DNA of 64,000 bases, from the NCBI GenBank assembly GCA_964016885.1, contig OZ024743.1:109058001-109122000 (forward strand). The letters run 5' to 3'. A program made the translations under genes and the position numbers. Below, one piece after another: positions 1 through 13,195 of the stretch. The notes below the pieces were generated by a model. It worked only from the letters and a program-made list of their open reading frames with translations, was not told where the DNA came from and did no database searches. Origin of the DNA: Eledone cirrhosa (Eukaryota). Position 1 is the stretch's first letter. Each line of letters starts with the position of its first letter.

Positions 1-1075
1 GCACCGTCGCCAGAGACCGAGACACACACACCACACATTTCCTGGTAGTACTCAAACTGAACGGATACACGACATCCACCACAAACCGTGCCAGAAAGAA
101 CAGAGGACACCACACCCGAGGCACTAACACTTGCTTCCTGAAGCTCCCACACTTCAGTGAAGAAACAACAACAGCCATCCGCAGAGCCATCAGACGAGAA
201 GGTCTGGATATTCAACTGGCCCATTCGGGTCCTTCTTTGCGTGGACGGCTAGCTAAGAGACACTCCACCAGACATGACAACTGCTGCAGACTAGCCAACT
301 GCCCCATCAACGACACAGACCTATGCCACCAGGCTTACGTAGTTTACAGACTAGAGTGTGACAAATGCAACAACTTCTACGTAGGTAGCACCACCAGACC
401 ACTCCACATAAGAATAAAAGAACACCTCAATACTAACGCTTCCTCATTTAAGAAACACCTAGTTAAATGCAAAAACACTGATAAAAACATAACAGTTAGG
501 ATAGAAACTAAAGAAAGAAACCTCGGTAATCTTAGAATCAAGGAAGCACTCATTATAGATAGAACACATCCACCAATCAATAATAGACTAGAGCTCAACA
601 CCCAATTTATAACCTGATAGGGCCTCTAGCCCCACTTTACACACCCCACACACACGCACGCACACACCTCCACTTATTCTCTCTCACACATACACACACA
701 AAACCAGTTCTAACACCAGATAACACCTACCCCCCACTTTTACGATTAGACCTATCTTCCCACACTCACATACACACATACCTACACCTTCATGCTTTCT
801 CCCACACACATATACAGGCACGCATATAAAATTTAAAAAACACAACAAAAACATAAACAAACCCCTCTTAAAGGGAGACTACTCTTTACCCACCTAATTT
901 TAATTCTTTGATATTAAAGTTAGAACTCTATACTATTTCCGGTCAGCATGGCTTCATTGGAAATTTAGACGCTGGTCTGAGACTTTTACTTCCCTCCGAA
1001 GAAGAGATATTATCTCGAAAATTAAGGACATTTAAATAAATTCAAGGTGAAAGACGAATTCTCATCAATATCTCT
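1..1075 (+). mobile_element. Penelope-like element (PLE), 3' part: GIY-YIG endonuclease end plus C/A-rich spacer and pLTR-like tail
   Basis: ORF 237-617 has VVYRLECDKCNNFYVGSTTRPLHIRIKEH...IKEALII...PPIN, a PLE-type GIY-YIG. A hammerhead-like motif lies at ~990-1028 and the element ends near a (TA)n run. Confidence 0.88.
237..617 (+). pseudogene. GIY-YIG endonuclease domain of a PLE polyprotein (C-terminal; the upstream part runs off the window)
   Basis: Cys-rich linker CCRLANCPINDTDLC, VVY..YVG motif, R-x-x-EH, terminal E and N motifs. Confidence 0.85.
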
Positions 1076-1142
1076 CACTATTGCATTCTTTTTCTATGTC
1101 CATATCTGCATTGTCTTGGCCTTATTACACATATTCTAACGT

Positions 1143-1165
1143 TTATATATATATATATGTATATA

Positions 1166-1210
<45 letters not shown>

Positions 1211-1222
1211 GTATATATATAT

Positions 1223-1277
<55 letters not shown>
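1143..1277. repeat. (TA)n microsatellite, one of many (others include ~13104-13240, 16419-16553, 20684-20886, 21469-22104, 27505-27768, 28570-28893, 36554-36611, 48267-48340, 56617-56684)
   Basis: Directly visible. Confidence 0.98.
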
Positions 1278-1279
<2 letters not shown>

Positions 1280-1554
1280 ACATGGCATGGCAAGCCACAT
1301 GGTACACTGGAATAGTTTCTTTATTTTCCTCGGAAAAATAGATATTAATCTCGAAATATCAGGATATTTGAGTAAAGTGAAGTAAGAAAAAAACAAAAAA
1401 CAAGCCCTTTTCCTTACGATTTAGTTATTCTCCGCATTGTCGTGGCTTTCAAACTCCGAATTTCTTTATATATTTATTTATATTGAAAATTGTAAGAAAG
1501 TGAAGGATAAGTAATTTTTATTTAGTCATACATCACTATTAACGCTTAATTATT

Positions 1555-2633
1555 GCTACAATATCACATCCATTTGCAGGGCAACCGGAGATTATTAGTC
1601 AATAATCATCTCCATAATCGAAGGAATGATGTGATGAACATAAAATGAAACTGGATTTAGTTCAAAATGTGTCAACAATATAAAACAAAATAACGTTTCC
1701 ACTCCATGTTTAATTTTAGAAATAAATTATGAAAAATACTAGCTAATTGTATATATCTACTTTCTATATATATGACAATATTGATCTCCCTCTACATAAA
1801 ATTTATTCTATACATGCATATAACTCTAACGGAAAAAAACCTTCTAAATGCTTTTCAACTCTTTCCCTTATCGCTAACTAAACGATCTACCTTAATCTTA
1901 TAAAAAATAAAAAAAAACTTTAATAAACTCTACTGTAACCAATTCCTAGGTATAGCTAATTTTTCTAGAAAAAAAAAACACAAATAAACCTATAAACTGT
2001 CATGTTTGAAATAAACATTTATACAAGCATCTGCATATTATGCACATAATATGTCACTGCCTGCTGAAAAGTTCCATTTTTTGACACCTCACGCTAACTT
2101 GATATTGCTTTATGGTATATATTATGATTTTTTTTTTTTGAAGAGATACGGTTGAGATTGAGCAAACATTATGGAGATAATTGTTAAATAATTGTTTCTA
2201 CTTTTGGCACAATGCCAGCAATTATCACAGTGTATTACTGGTACTTTATTTTATCGACCCCATAAGGATGAAAAGCAAAGTTAACCTCGGCGGGATTTGA
2301 ACTCAGACCATAAAGGGCCGTAACTCTTTGCTGCAAAGCATGGCGTCCGACCCTCTGCCGATACTGCCAATCCACCAATATAATTGTTAAATAATTGTTT
2401 CTACTTTCGTACAAGGCCAGCAATAACCCAGTGCATTACTAGTACTTTATTTTATGGACCCCATAATGATGAAAGGCAAAGTCAAGCTCGACGGGATTTG
2501 AACTCAGACCTTAAAGGGACGTAACTATGCTGGAAAACATGGCGTCCGACCCTCTACCGATACTGCCAATCCACCACCCTTATAATTGTAAAATAATAAT
2601 CTCCAGTTGCAAATGGATGTGATATCCTAGCTG
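1555..2633. mobile_element. Putative MITE/fold-back with ~60-bp inverted arms; the right arm is split by two SINEs
   Basis: 1555-1618 (gctacaatatcacatccatttgca...ggagattatt...atctccataat) is the reverse complement of 2168-2182 joined to 2590-2633 once the SINEs are removed. Confidence 0.55.
2190..2580 (-). mobile_element. Two tandem copies of the ~190-bp tRNA-derived SINE (family A)
   Basis: The minus strand has an A-box-like TGGCAGTATCGG, B-box GAGTTCAAATCC, core ctttcatccttacggggtcgataaaataaagtaccagt and tail ggccttgtgccaaaagtagaaacaatt (consensus). Confidence 0.92.
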
Positions 2634-2833
2634 TACTGAAACATTCGTATGGATGTATGAATATATTATAATTTCTTCTAGTTGACTTTCTAAAAATTTT
2701 CAGTGCACAACTACCTGGACCACCCTTAATAACAGAACATATTAATCCTCCAGGTTGTACTCCAGAAGGACAGAGGACGTTAAAGTGCATCGAGTTTATC
2801 TTATCGTAAAATAGTAAATTACTACAATATAAC

Positions 2834-2872
<39 letters not shown>

Positions 2873-2904
2873 CTAATTTACTACTAATTTCGAATAAAAT
2901 TATT

Positions 2905-3228
2905 ATTGCTTTTGATAACAGCTGGTGAAATGCATGTAAGTAAATATTCTCCTTATCTGATAATGTGTAACTAACCTTACACAGATCGATAACGAAGTAT
3001 AGTTACGATGTAATATCATCACCTAGAAACGATCGTAAATCAGTGAAGTATATTTCTAATGACTTGATTTTTTATTTCATTGTTTTAACTTATATCATGA
3101 CTCTGTTTTCCTTTTAATGTTCTATTGTTTTCTGGGATTTATTTTAACCTACAACATTTTCAACATATGGATTACATTGAGTTCTTCATGCAGACTAGAC
3201 CCCACAACTTACCTTGAATATCTCTGTG
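2905..3228 (+). mobile_element. Solo Penelope pLTR, same family as 53401-53640 and 56431-56618
   Basis: Close match to the two copies that flank the PLE at 53.8-55.2 kb. Contains gaaacgatcgta (hammerhead-like) and ends in (TA)n. Confidence 0.8.
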
Positions 3229-3295
<67 letters not shown>

Positions 3296-3310
3296 GTGTA
3301 TGTGTGTGTA

Positions 3311-3382
<72 letters not shown>

Positions 3383-4169
3383 CGTGCGTCTGTGTCAATA
3401 TGAAAACTAGAACGTTAGCAAACCTAAACGAACTCAATACTGCTCACAAACCCGGGACAAAGCATACCTTTACTGTAACGCACGAATGAACCTGACATAT
3501 TAAATTCAGATGCGTGTTTTAATACCATACTCCACATGTACAATATTTATGCCCAGGGATGTTCAACTCAGAAAGGCTTTTCAGATTCTATCTATATATA
3601 AAAGTGCCTTAAATGTGAAATGTCGTATACAACCTTGTTTGTTACACAATGATATGTTTGCATGTGGGTGTAAATTTAATTAATATAATCGTATTACAAA
3701 TAGAGTTATAGGATTCTTCTATCTCATTTTATGATCTTTAAACGTGAGTTTGACTGTTTATTACTGTATATCATTAGTTTCATTTATACATAATTTATGA
3801 CGGAGAAAAACAAAAATAGATATTATGCATAGTTCAACTACACTTCCCTTGTAAAATATCTGTTCTAGGTTTAAGGGTAACTCAATATTTTGCTGTATTT
3901 GCTTCGACTATCATGAGTTCAAATCTTGCTGAGATCAACTTTGCCTTTGTTATGTTCAGACCTAGGGAGGAGAAGGGATCCATCTGTATTAAAATGCTTA
4001 AAACACGCCGTATTTCATAACGACATCCCAACGACTCCTGCATAGGTTGCGGGTTCATATATACATAAAGACTTTATCTATGTCAGTCGCCAATTTAAGC
4101 CTCATACAGATTAGTCTGTGGTTTTAACGAAATTGCTATTTTACTGTTTAAAATATATTATTACTATCC

Positions 4170-4274
4170 CGTCGAGGTTAACATTGCCTTTCATCCTTTC
4201 GAGGTAGATAAAATAAAGTACCAGTCATGCACTGGGATATTTGCTGGCCTTGTGCCAAACGTAGAAACAATTAT
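4170..4274 (+). mobile_element. SINE family A, 3' half
   Basis: gtcgaggttaacattgcctttcatcc...ggccttgtgccaaacgtagaaacaatt. Confidence 0.85.
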
Positions 4275-4602
4275 TACTAAATGCTAATCAAACAGTAGGA
4301 AGAAACATATCCGATACACATCATATATATATATATATATCCAGCGAACCTCCAACCGTCAAGGTTGTTCTTCTGCGGATATGTCAACATTTATAAAACA
4401 AATTTTGTATTTTATCTGAGGAAAGTGCACGAAATTTTGCCTTGGTTGCTCTTGAAATATATATAATAAAATAATTATAGTTTTATGAATATAGTTTCCA
4501 TTTATTAATATAATGAATATTTACTCCACTAGATGTTGAGTCCCTTATATCAGTTATAACACTTTTAAGTTTGTTTAATTCCAACAAATTAAATATAACC
4601 TT

Positions 4603-4643
<41 letters not shown>

Positions 4644-4892
4644 TATTGAGTTATAAACTCAAAATAGTTTCTTACAATTAAATAGCTCCAAGAAAGACGT
4701 TTTTTTCTGGGCCGTGTAGTATAATTGAATATACATATAAATTGGAATTGTAAATAGCACATATTGTATAGAGAACATCACTCCCTTTTCAAATATATAT
4801 ATAAAATATGGACAAAGCAAACAAGTTAAGAAAAAAATCTTTACCTACTCATTTAAATGTTCCTACACCAGATTTATTTTTTCTTAGCGTGA

Positions 4893-5565
4893 TTGCTTTT
4901 TCTGTATATGATATTATTAGGCTCTGAATCTGATAATTTTATTAACTATACATTGAACGAAACTCAGTATAAGTTGGACACCTTGTATGTATGTATCTAT
5001 ACTTGTATCTATACGCGTGTATATATTAATATATAATACACTTCCATTGGTAGAGTAATAATTGTTTCTACTTCATTTTATCGACCCCGCAAAGATGAAA
5101 GGCAAAGTTAATCTCGGTGGGACTTGAACTCGGATCATAAAGGGCCGTAACTATGCTCCAAAGTACGGTGTCCGACCCCCTACCGATCCTGCCAGTAATA
5201 ATGTAGCAGAATCGGACTACTTTGTCATAGCCCACTACGATGCCATAATCCTATATGCTACCCTCCTGCTGGACACTTGTCACTTGATAATTCATTCATA
5301 CGAAATCTTCACTGAAATCGAACGGCTGGGAATTCCTCTCTTGATGATTTAGATTTCCTCACCATAATCCATTCGGAATACCGTTAGTTTCCTAATGAAA
5401 CTGCAGTAGGGACATTAAAGTGAGTCGGTAAAGATCTTTTTCTGAACTTGTTTGCTTTTTCCATATATGATATTATTAGGCTCTGAATCTGTTAATTTTA
5501 ATTACTAACTTATTGTTGGACACCATGTATGTATGTAACTACACATGTATCTATACGCGTGTAGA
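4893..5565 (+). repeat. Diverged ~125-bp direct repeat (4893-5022 and 5453-5565) with a partial SINE (5060-5193) in between
   Basis: Both copies share tatatgatattattaggctctgaatctg...gttggacacc...gtatctatacgcgtgta. Confidence 0.8.
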
Positions 5566-5639
5566 GATATATATATACTTCTTAATTTAATATATATATA
5601 TATAATGAGAAAATGACGCAAAAAATCGTCGTTGCCATC

Positions 5640-6020
5640 GAAATCCAAAAATTTGTTTTGTAAAATGAATTTTATCCCTCGGTGATGAAGCTTTTTTCTA
5701 TTCTTTCCGCGATCTTATTGAGGTATGTTTCTAGCCAGAATCCCATTGTTCTATTCCGTATTGGTGAGGGATCCTCGTGTAGCTGTTCACTACATCGAAA
5801 GACACAATAATAATGTCGTTGTTGACATGTTTGGGGGGGGGGGGGGTTAAGAGCTCCAGGTCATCATTTACAAGGCTTGGTATGAGAATTGGTTTTAGTA
5901 GTATGTCTATAAAGTTGCTAAGTCTACGTGTTTCATATTGTTGGCCTGTTACAAGTGGTCTTAATTTCATGTCAGTGGGGTGTTGTATATTTACGCAGGT
6001 TGAAGTGGATTCTTTTCAGG
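5640..6020 (-). pseudogene. PLE reverse-transcriptase fragment
   Basis: KLRPLV...ETRRLSNFIDILLKP...IIVSFDVVNSYTRIPH match PLE RT motifs (RP and FDV.SLYT.IP). Confidence 0.8.
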
Positions 6021-6388
6021 CAGGGTTATATACTTATATACATACACATACATAGAAATTCCTGAGAAACGAAATATAAGATAACATATATAAGACACGC
6101 ATACAGAGAAGTCGTATTGGTGAGTTGGGGGCATTTTGTAATTGGAAAAGCCCATTCCTTCCTCAGGTCACAACGCGGTCGATTCCTTTTAAAGAAGTAC
6201 GTGCAAAAAAGAAAGTGAGGAAAAGATGCAGAGCAAGAAATGCTCTTCAATGGTTCTTTTTATCGATCTCCGATGGTCGAAATGCAAAATTGAAGGCGGA
6301 GTGTTTTGAATTCATAACTTAAAGCTTTCAATCCGATATCCTGACAATGTCACCAAATCACCTGCTGTATATTTGTGTTTATGGGTGG

Positions 6389-6490
<102 letters not shown>

Positions 6491-7319
6491 GTATGTGGGG
6501 TTTCATATGAATAACAAGAAAGCAAAGTAACAATCACCAAAAAATAATGAGGTGTTATTGATACAGAGAGCTACGTGTATTCATATCCTATTTGAAATAT
6601 AGGATCTATTCAACGTAAAATAAAACAAGCAATAGAGATATTCAGCGTTTTTAAGGTATCCACATTATAACTACACACACCAAACACAATCACACACATA
6701 TACATATATGCGAATTCATATACACACGCACTAACTCACACACACGCATGCATATATATATATATATAGTTAGATAGAAAGGTACGTATGTTCGTAGCGA
6801 CTAACATATACGTAGACAGATAAATCTACTCAAACACACAGCGTTATACATAAACGTAGAGACATTAATAAGCTACAACATAGACACAAGAGCACGAATA
6901 CACACATTTCGCTCAAGACAAATATTTGTCCACTATTGTAATAAAAAGTGAGAAGGAGGAAATCTATTGATAATACCTCTGGGATTTCGGCTTCAAAGCC
7001 TATATATATATAGAGGACGAGTGAGAAATATATAGCTATATAGAAAGATTCATTCATATACACTCACATGCACACACACTGTTACACACACACACACTCA
7101 CATCCACATCCACACACTCTCACACACACATATATATATATATATATAGATATAGATATATATATAGAGAGAGAGAGATTGAAAGATTCACACACATGCA
7201 CTCACACGCACCCCCACACTCATACACACACTCACATACACACACTCACACACACACTCACAAGCACGCACACACACAAATATTTATATATTTCCATATA
7301 TATTGATATATACATATAA

Positions 7320-7359
<40 letters not shown>

Positions 7360-9192
7360 ACCTGCGTGCGTGTGTGTGTTTGTGCCTGTGCGTGTGTTCA
7401 TCACCCTGGTATTCATCACAGCTGAGCCAGTAGATGAAAGCTATACCGTAACTAAGAACCAATATTGAATAAAATGAGAGGAAAAAGAACTTTGTAAAAA
7501 TATATGAAAAAGGGAGAAAATTGATGATATAATCTTAAAGATGGTGAGAAACAGAGAAATCCAAGGTGTTTAAAAGAAATATTTAAAGGGGTAATTGAAA
7601 CATCTCATGGAGTAAATAAGCTAATATGGAATTGGGTTTGCAAAGCCCATATTGTACATTAGTTGTCTGTAAAATTGCATGTCTGAATATATACATAAAA
7701 CATATATACATATACTTGAAAACATGTTCCATACACATTCAGACGTACACACATACATTGTGTCGTCAAGTATGAAATTTGTAGAAATATCTGGAACAAA
7801 AAGAAATTTCTACAAATTTCATACGTGACAAGCCAATATCCATACTTTCAAACGTGTATGCAGCCACGAATATCATCATACTTGCATATATGCTACACAC
7901 ATACATACACATATACATACTTTTATGGAGGAAAACAACCTGAATACCCGCGCGTAACTAAAAGTGGGCTAGGTGAAAAGTCTATAAATAAGAACTGAAA
8001 TGAACTGTTACGGGGAATTCTGTGTGCAGTCTCGCATTGTAATGATCTCATTGATAGTTCCAAATTATGCCTGGTGAATACTTTGGGTATTATCCTTTTG
8101 TCAAGCAGATATACAAAACAGGTGTGTCACACCATTATAACACATACACACATACAATTAGACATATATACACACATAAGCAGTTTGCAGAACTTTGTAT
8201 TTCAAATATACAAACCAATCATGTTAGCAATAAAAATACCTTATGAAATTACACTCATGTATAAACCGTCCAGAATGTATGCCGAACGAGAAACTGGCTT
8301 ATATTAACATAATACTAAGCTGACCGTCCATAGTCTACTATATTGTTATAATTAATATCAGTAATTGAAACATCAGTGTATGCTCTTTTAATTATATTAT
8401 GCCGAAGCGTCTTTATAGGTATTAGTAGTTAACCGATATGAAAAATCAACTCCATTGGTTTCCAAAGGAGGCAAATTTGTACAATTTCCTACTGATTTCG
8501 ATCCCTCTGTATAGGTGACAGAGCATATATGGAACGAGGAATCCAGTTGTACGTGCTCATGTGCATAAGTATGCTATTAATCCTGCCGAGCATAGAGCGC
8601 AAGACAAATAGCGGCGTCCGGTTTACAGGAACGACTCTTCGTGATAGTAAACAGACGAATGCCCCTCTGGTATAATCAACTACGTTGTAACGATTCCCCT
8701 TTTAAATTCAACGGCGAGTACGATGAATAGAAAGACAAAGAAAATACTGGTTTGAAAGACCAAGAAGTAGACAGGTCATAATACCGCTACACTTCTTCAC
8801 ATGTTGCACTGTAGAGATCACTGACGATCGCTGAGTGAGTAAACACCTAGTGTGGCACCTCAACAATTGGCTGGGCCTGTAGACGGACCTTGATGTTGTT
8901 ACGTTAACTCTGCCACACTTTAACAAGCGTTTAATAAAATGGAGACTTCTGGCGTTTATTTACTTAAATACCAACTCTCTATAAACTACTATCTGGATAT
9001 TTCAATTTCATAAATCTTATCCCACAACATATGTTACTGAGGACTTCACAAAATGTGTGACGAAAGAGCTTTGATTAGAGTCAATAACTAAATAACCATC
9101 AGGTTTTCAAACTAACCGATAGGGAAATTATAATAATAAACTGAAGTGAAAACCAACAGGTGTTTATGTTTTTATTGGCAACATGATCCTTC

Positions 9193-9237
<45 letters not shown>

Positions 9238-10147
9238 TTACTTTAATTAATCTCTAGAAAACATTTACAATATTTCTCTTTCTCGTAGAATATACCCATT
9301 TATATAAAAAAGTATTGTATATGAATACATGTTGAACATTATGGTCGATGCAGTATTAGGGATATTCAGATGACCGTTTTTAGTCGAGTAATCTAACAAT
9401 ATCTTATCAGATAACACTGAAATGCTAGATATTGTGTTTATCAACAAAAGTTTATAATCTGGTTTTCATACAACTTTCCAAGACATTTTTTTCTCATCCC
9501 AACTTACCATTCTCAATACTAACGCACATGACATAAATATCACGCATTATCAAGTCCTCTGTTCTGTCTATAGGAACATTTTAAAGACATTTTATTCAAA
9601 TCGCATATTTGTTTTTGTGAAAACAAAATAAAACAATAAAAAAATAATTGGATTTTAAGTGTGATGGAACACACTAAGGATTTAATGTAACAAAAATGTT
9701 ATGATTTTTTCAGCGGCATTATTATATGTTGAGTGATAAATCTAAAATGTTATATACAATCTAGGTATTGGAGAGAAGTGTATGTTATGAAAATAAAACA
9801 TGGAACCTAGAATATATCCATCTTTGTCAAACTGTTGTTTAGAGAAATAGAATACTTAGTCATTTCATGGGAAACACTGTCTAACGTCTACCACTCACTC
9901 TACACCTCTTTTTCCAAATATCTATATATCTCTCTATCTGCGAATCTGTGTTCACATCTATGTATACACATGTACATCCACAAACACTTACACGCATGCA
10001 GACACACATACCACGTGGCAAGATCTTTATCTTCATGATATATCTGCATTACTAAATATTGGTCTTTTCCATTTCTTCCTTTTCCTTTTACTCTCTATCT
10101 TCAACACAGACACAGACACACAGGCACTCTTACACACACACACACAT

Positions 10148-10233
<86 letters not shown>

Positions 10234-11422
10234 CAAAAGTAAATGGCTAAACAACAACACAGAAAAATGATTCAGACAATGAATATATATATTAGTTTAA
10301 CGCTTGATACAGTAGAAAGACAGTTGTAACGTTTTGGACGTTAGTCTTTCAAGAAAATATAGAATGAGAAATAAAAGAAGAAATTGAAAGACAGAGAATA
10401 ATTGGAAGAGGAAGAACATAAAACGAATCGGAGAGAACACATTTATGTTCAATTAGTCATTTAGTTGAAGGGTGGTTCAGAATGTATCTTGGATATTAGA
10501 CAGGTTTCGAAAACGAGATAAACCTTGTATGTTTTAAATGGAATATGCTTGAAAGTGTGTGTGTATGTGTGTGTGCTTGTTTGTTTGTAAAACGCTGGCG
10601 TCTTTTTTTGGTTCTAGAGTAGTGGGTGTGTGCGCATACGTGTGCTGACCAACGGAGGAAGTGAATGGTTGGGTAAGTACACAGGCGTTCGTATGTGATT
10701 ATGTGTAAATTCACACGTACACATGTGAGTGCACGTTTCCTTTTGTAAGTGTACATGTGCGTACATACAAAGGCATGCACATGAATCTAAATAGTCATAG
10801 GGGAAAGGAAGCGATCATGTGTGTTGCCTTGTGTCATGTTGTGGGTATAAACGATGGATATAATAAAGAGCATGAAGTACGAAAATATGGTAGTACACCT
10901 ACAAACCGCTGAAGTACGATGTGTGGAGTCACTGTGAGTGGGGAAAATGATAGATTTGGGAAATGATGGTTGGTCAGCTTGGATAGCAAGGCAGCATACA
11001 CTGGGTGTCTCGCACCAGAAAACGCTGCTCCCACACTGTCCAAGCCCGCATCACCGAACTGCGATACTGACTCAGTTTACTATATATTTTGCAGGCAACA
11101 TCGATCTATACGGATAAATCTGAGAGAGATTAACGCTGTTTCATTAACCTCACTACAATCCTCTAACGATGTGTATTTTACTCATTACAATCCCATGTTC
11201 CCAAGATCGATCTGCCTGCACAGAACCATCGAATTGCGTTGATCAATACGTTATAAGCATCATTTTGGATGACAGAAACTGTTGATGTCCCGAGTAGGTC
11301 TCACTTTACAATGATAACAATATGTCAGGCTCTCCTCTTTAATTTTATCGCCTTTTCTCACCTACTGCTGTATATATTTTTTCTCATTCCACAATATAGC
11401 TTCATCATTAATTATGATTAAT

Positions 11423-11613
11423 GGGCGGAGGATTGGCAGTATCGGTAGTGGGTCGGACTCAATGCTTTGACCCATAGAGATACGGCCCTTGCAATTCTGA
11501 ATTCAAATCCCGCCGAGGTTAACTTTGCATTTCATCCTTACGGGGTCGATAAAATAAAGTACCAGTAATGAACTGGATAATTGCTGGCCTTGTGCCAAAA
11601 GTAGAAACAATTA
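11423..11613 (+). mobile_element. Full-length SINE family A
   Basis: gggcggaggattggcagtatcgg...ttcaaatcccgccgagg...gtagaaacaatta. Confidence 0.93.
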
Positions 11614-11659
11614 TATATATCTAGTTAACAAAGTATATATATATATATATATATATACA

Positions 11660-11837
11660 TAATTGTTTCTACTTTAGGCACAAGGCCAGCAATTATCCAG
11701 TACATTACTGGTACTTTATTTTATCGACCCCGTAAGGATGAAAGGCAAAGTTAACCTCGGCGGGATTTGAACTCAGACGGTAAAGGGACGTAACTATGCT
11801 AGAAAGCATGGCGTCCAACCCTCTACCGATACTGCCA
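11660..11837 (-). mobile_element. SINE family A, inverted relative to the preceding copy
   Basis: Reverse complement of the same consensus. Confidence 0.93.
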
Positions 11838-12524
11838 GTACATAATGCTTTGTTTTTATATTGAATATATATATATATCAGACCTGCCACCTTCTTAACA
11901 CCCAAACGGAGAATAACATGAAAAATATGCCTCACGACGGGGAGCTTTTACATTATGAAAGTTGTACCCATTTTCAGAATAAAATACATCTCTCACGTAC
12001 CCCGTGTGAGATCTCGCCGTCCGACGAGGAGAGTTGACATATAGATTTATATATATGTTTTTTTCACCTCTTGATTTGAAGTTAAGCGTAATACCGTTTC
12101 GACAAATTAGAAATAGTTGTTTATGATAAAAATATCTCTCAATTGCGTGCGTGCGCGCCTGACTGGCTTGGCATTTTCGGGTCAGTTTGTCTACTAATCC
12201 CCATCCCCCTTGTATTTCGGCCTGTCTAGCCCCCGCTTCGCCAGGAAGGTAATAAACTAGACACATGATATTTAGCAGGTCAAAACGAGACATTTGATCT
12301 GCGGTAACCCCCCCTCCCTCTCTGATCACTGACCACTCCAGGAGAAAACAAGAAAACCAAACTTTTAAAGATTATTTGCTTAGCTATTTTTGCCTTATTG
12401 CTTTGACTGCACGCCCATATATGTACCCCTTTATAAATTCCCCTAGATTCCCGTTTTTCTAATAGTGATGGCTTATTTCGGATGTAGCTGTCGAGACGGC
12501 CGGAGGTCAGCCGTGATATATTTA

Positions 12525-12676
12525 CTAGCTGAGATACCCGGTAAAACCGGTATTCTCAGTTCCCATTAAAATGCCCAATGCCGCTCAGACAAAAAATGAA
12601 ATCAAAATATAGGACAGATAATCACAGTAAGTAAGGTATTCAATACATAGCAGAGTATGAATATTTAATATAGAGA
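12525..12676 (-). mobile_element. Non-autonomous mini-Helitron (~152 bp)
   Basis: The minus strand reads A|TCTCTATATTAAAT...hairpin...CAGCTAG|T: a 5' TC, a 3' CTAG, a subterminal hairpin and an A|T insertion with no TSD. Confidence 0.7.
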
Positions 12677-12777
12677 TGTCTTCTACTGTTTCATTCGAAG
12701 GAAATCATCAGGAAAACCGTGATGATTTTCTTCCGAATAAAACAGTTCTAGTCCCGTAGAAGCCATTTCTATATCAG

Positions 12778-12828
<51 letters not shown>

Positions 12829-13102
12829 ATATATATATATATATTTAAACATATATATACATATATATACTTATATATTTATACATATATACAATATACC
12901 AGTGTGTAGTTGTGTATTATTGTTCGTAGATGGGTGTGTCTGCTTAGTAGCAGAATGAAAGAATGAGATGGAGGAATAGCTAATTAGATATGCTGCTGTA
13001 CCTACATCAGAAATATACGTTAAACACATACTGATAGACACGACTTCAAACATGTATAAATATATATCCATACAAAAAAAAAATGTATATATATATGTAG
13101 TA

Positions 13103-13195
<93 letters not shown>

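Noticed and set aside
1078-1396. Numerous ORFs rich in YI/IY, HT/TH, CV/VC, LS and ER here and throughout the window
   Set aside because: They are translations of (TA)n, (CA)n and (GA)n microsatellites, not genes.
4638-4750. Similarity to 27770-27870 as a segmental duplication
   Set aside because: It is a short, diverged dispersed-repeat stub beside (TA)n and the flanks are not shared.
11423-11515. tRNA gene
   Set aside because: A and B boxes are present but there is no cloverleaf, and the sequence continues into the SINE core. It is a SINE head.
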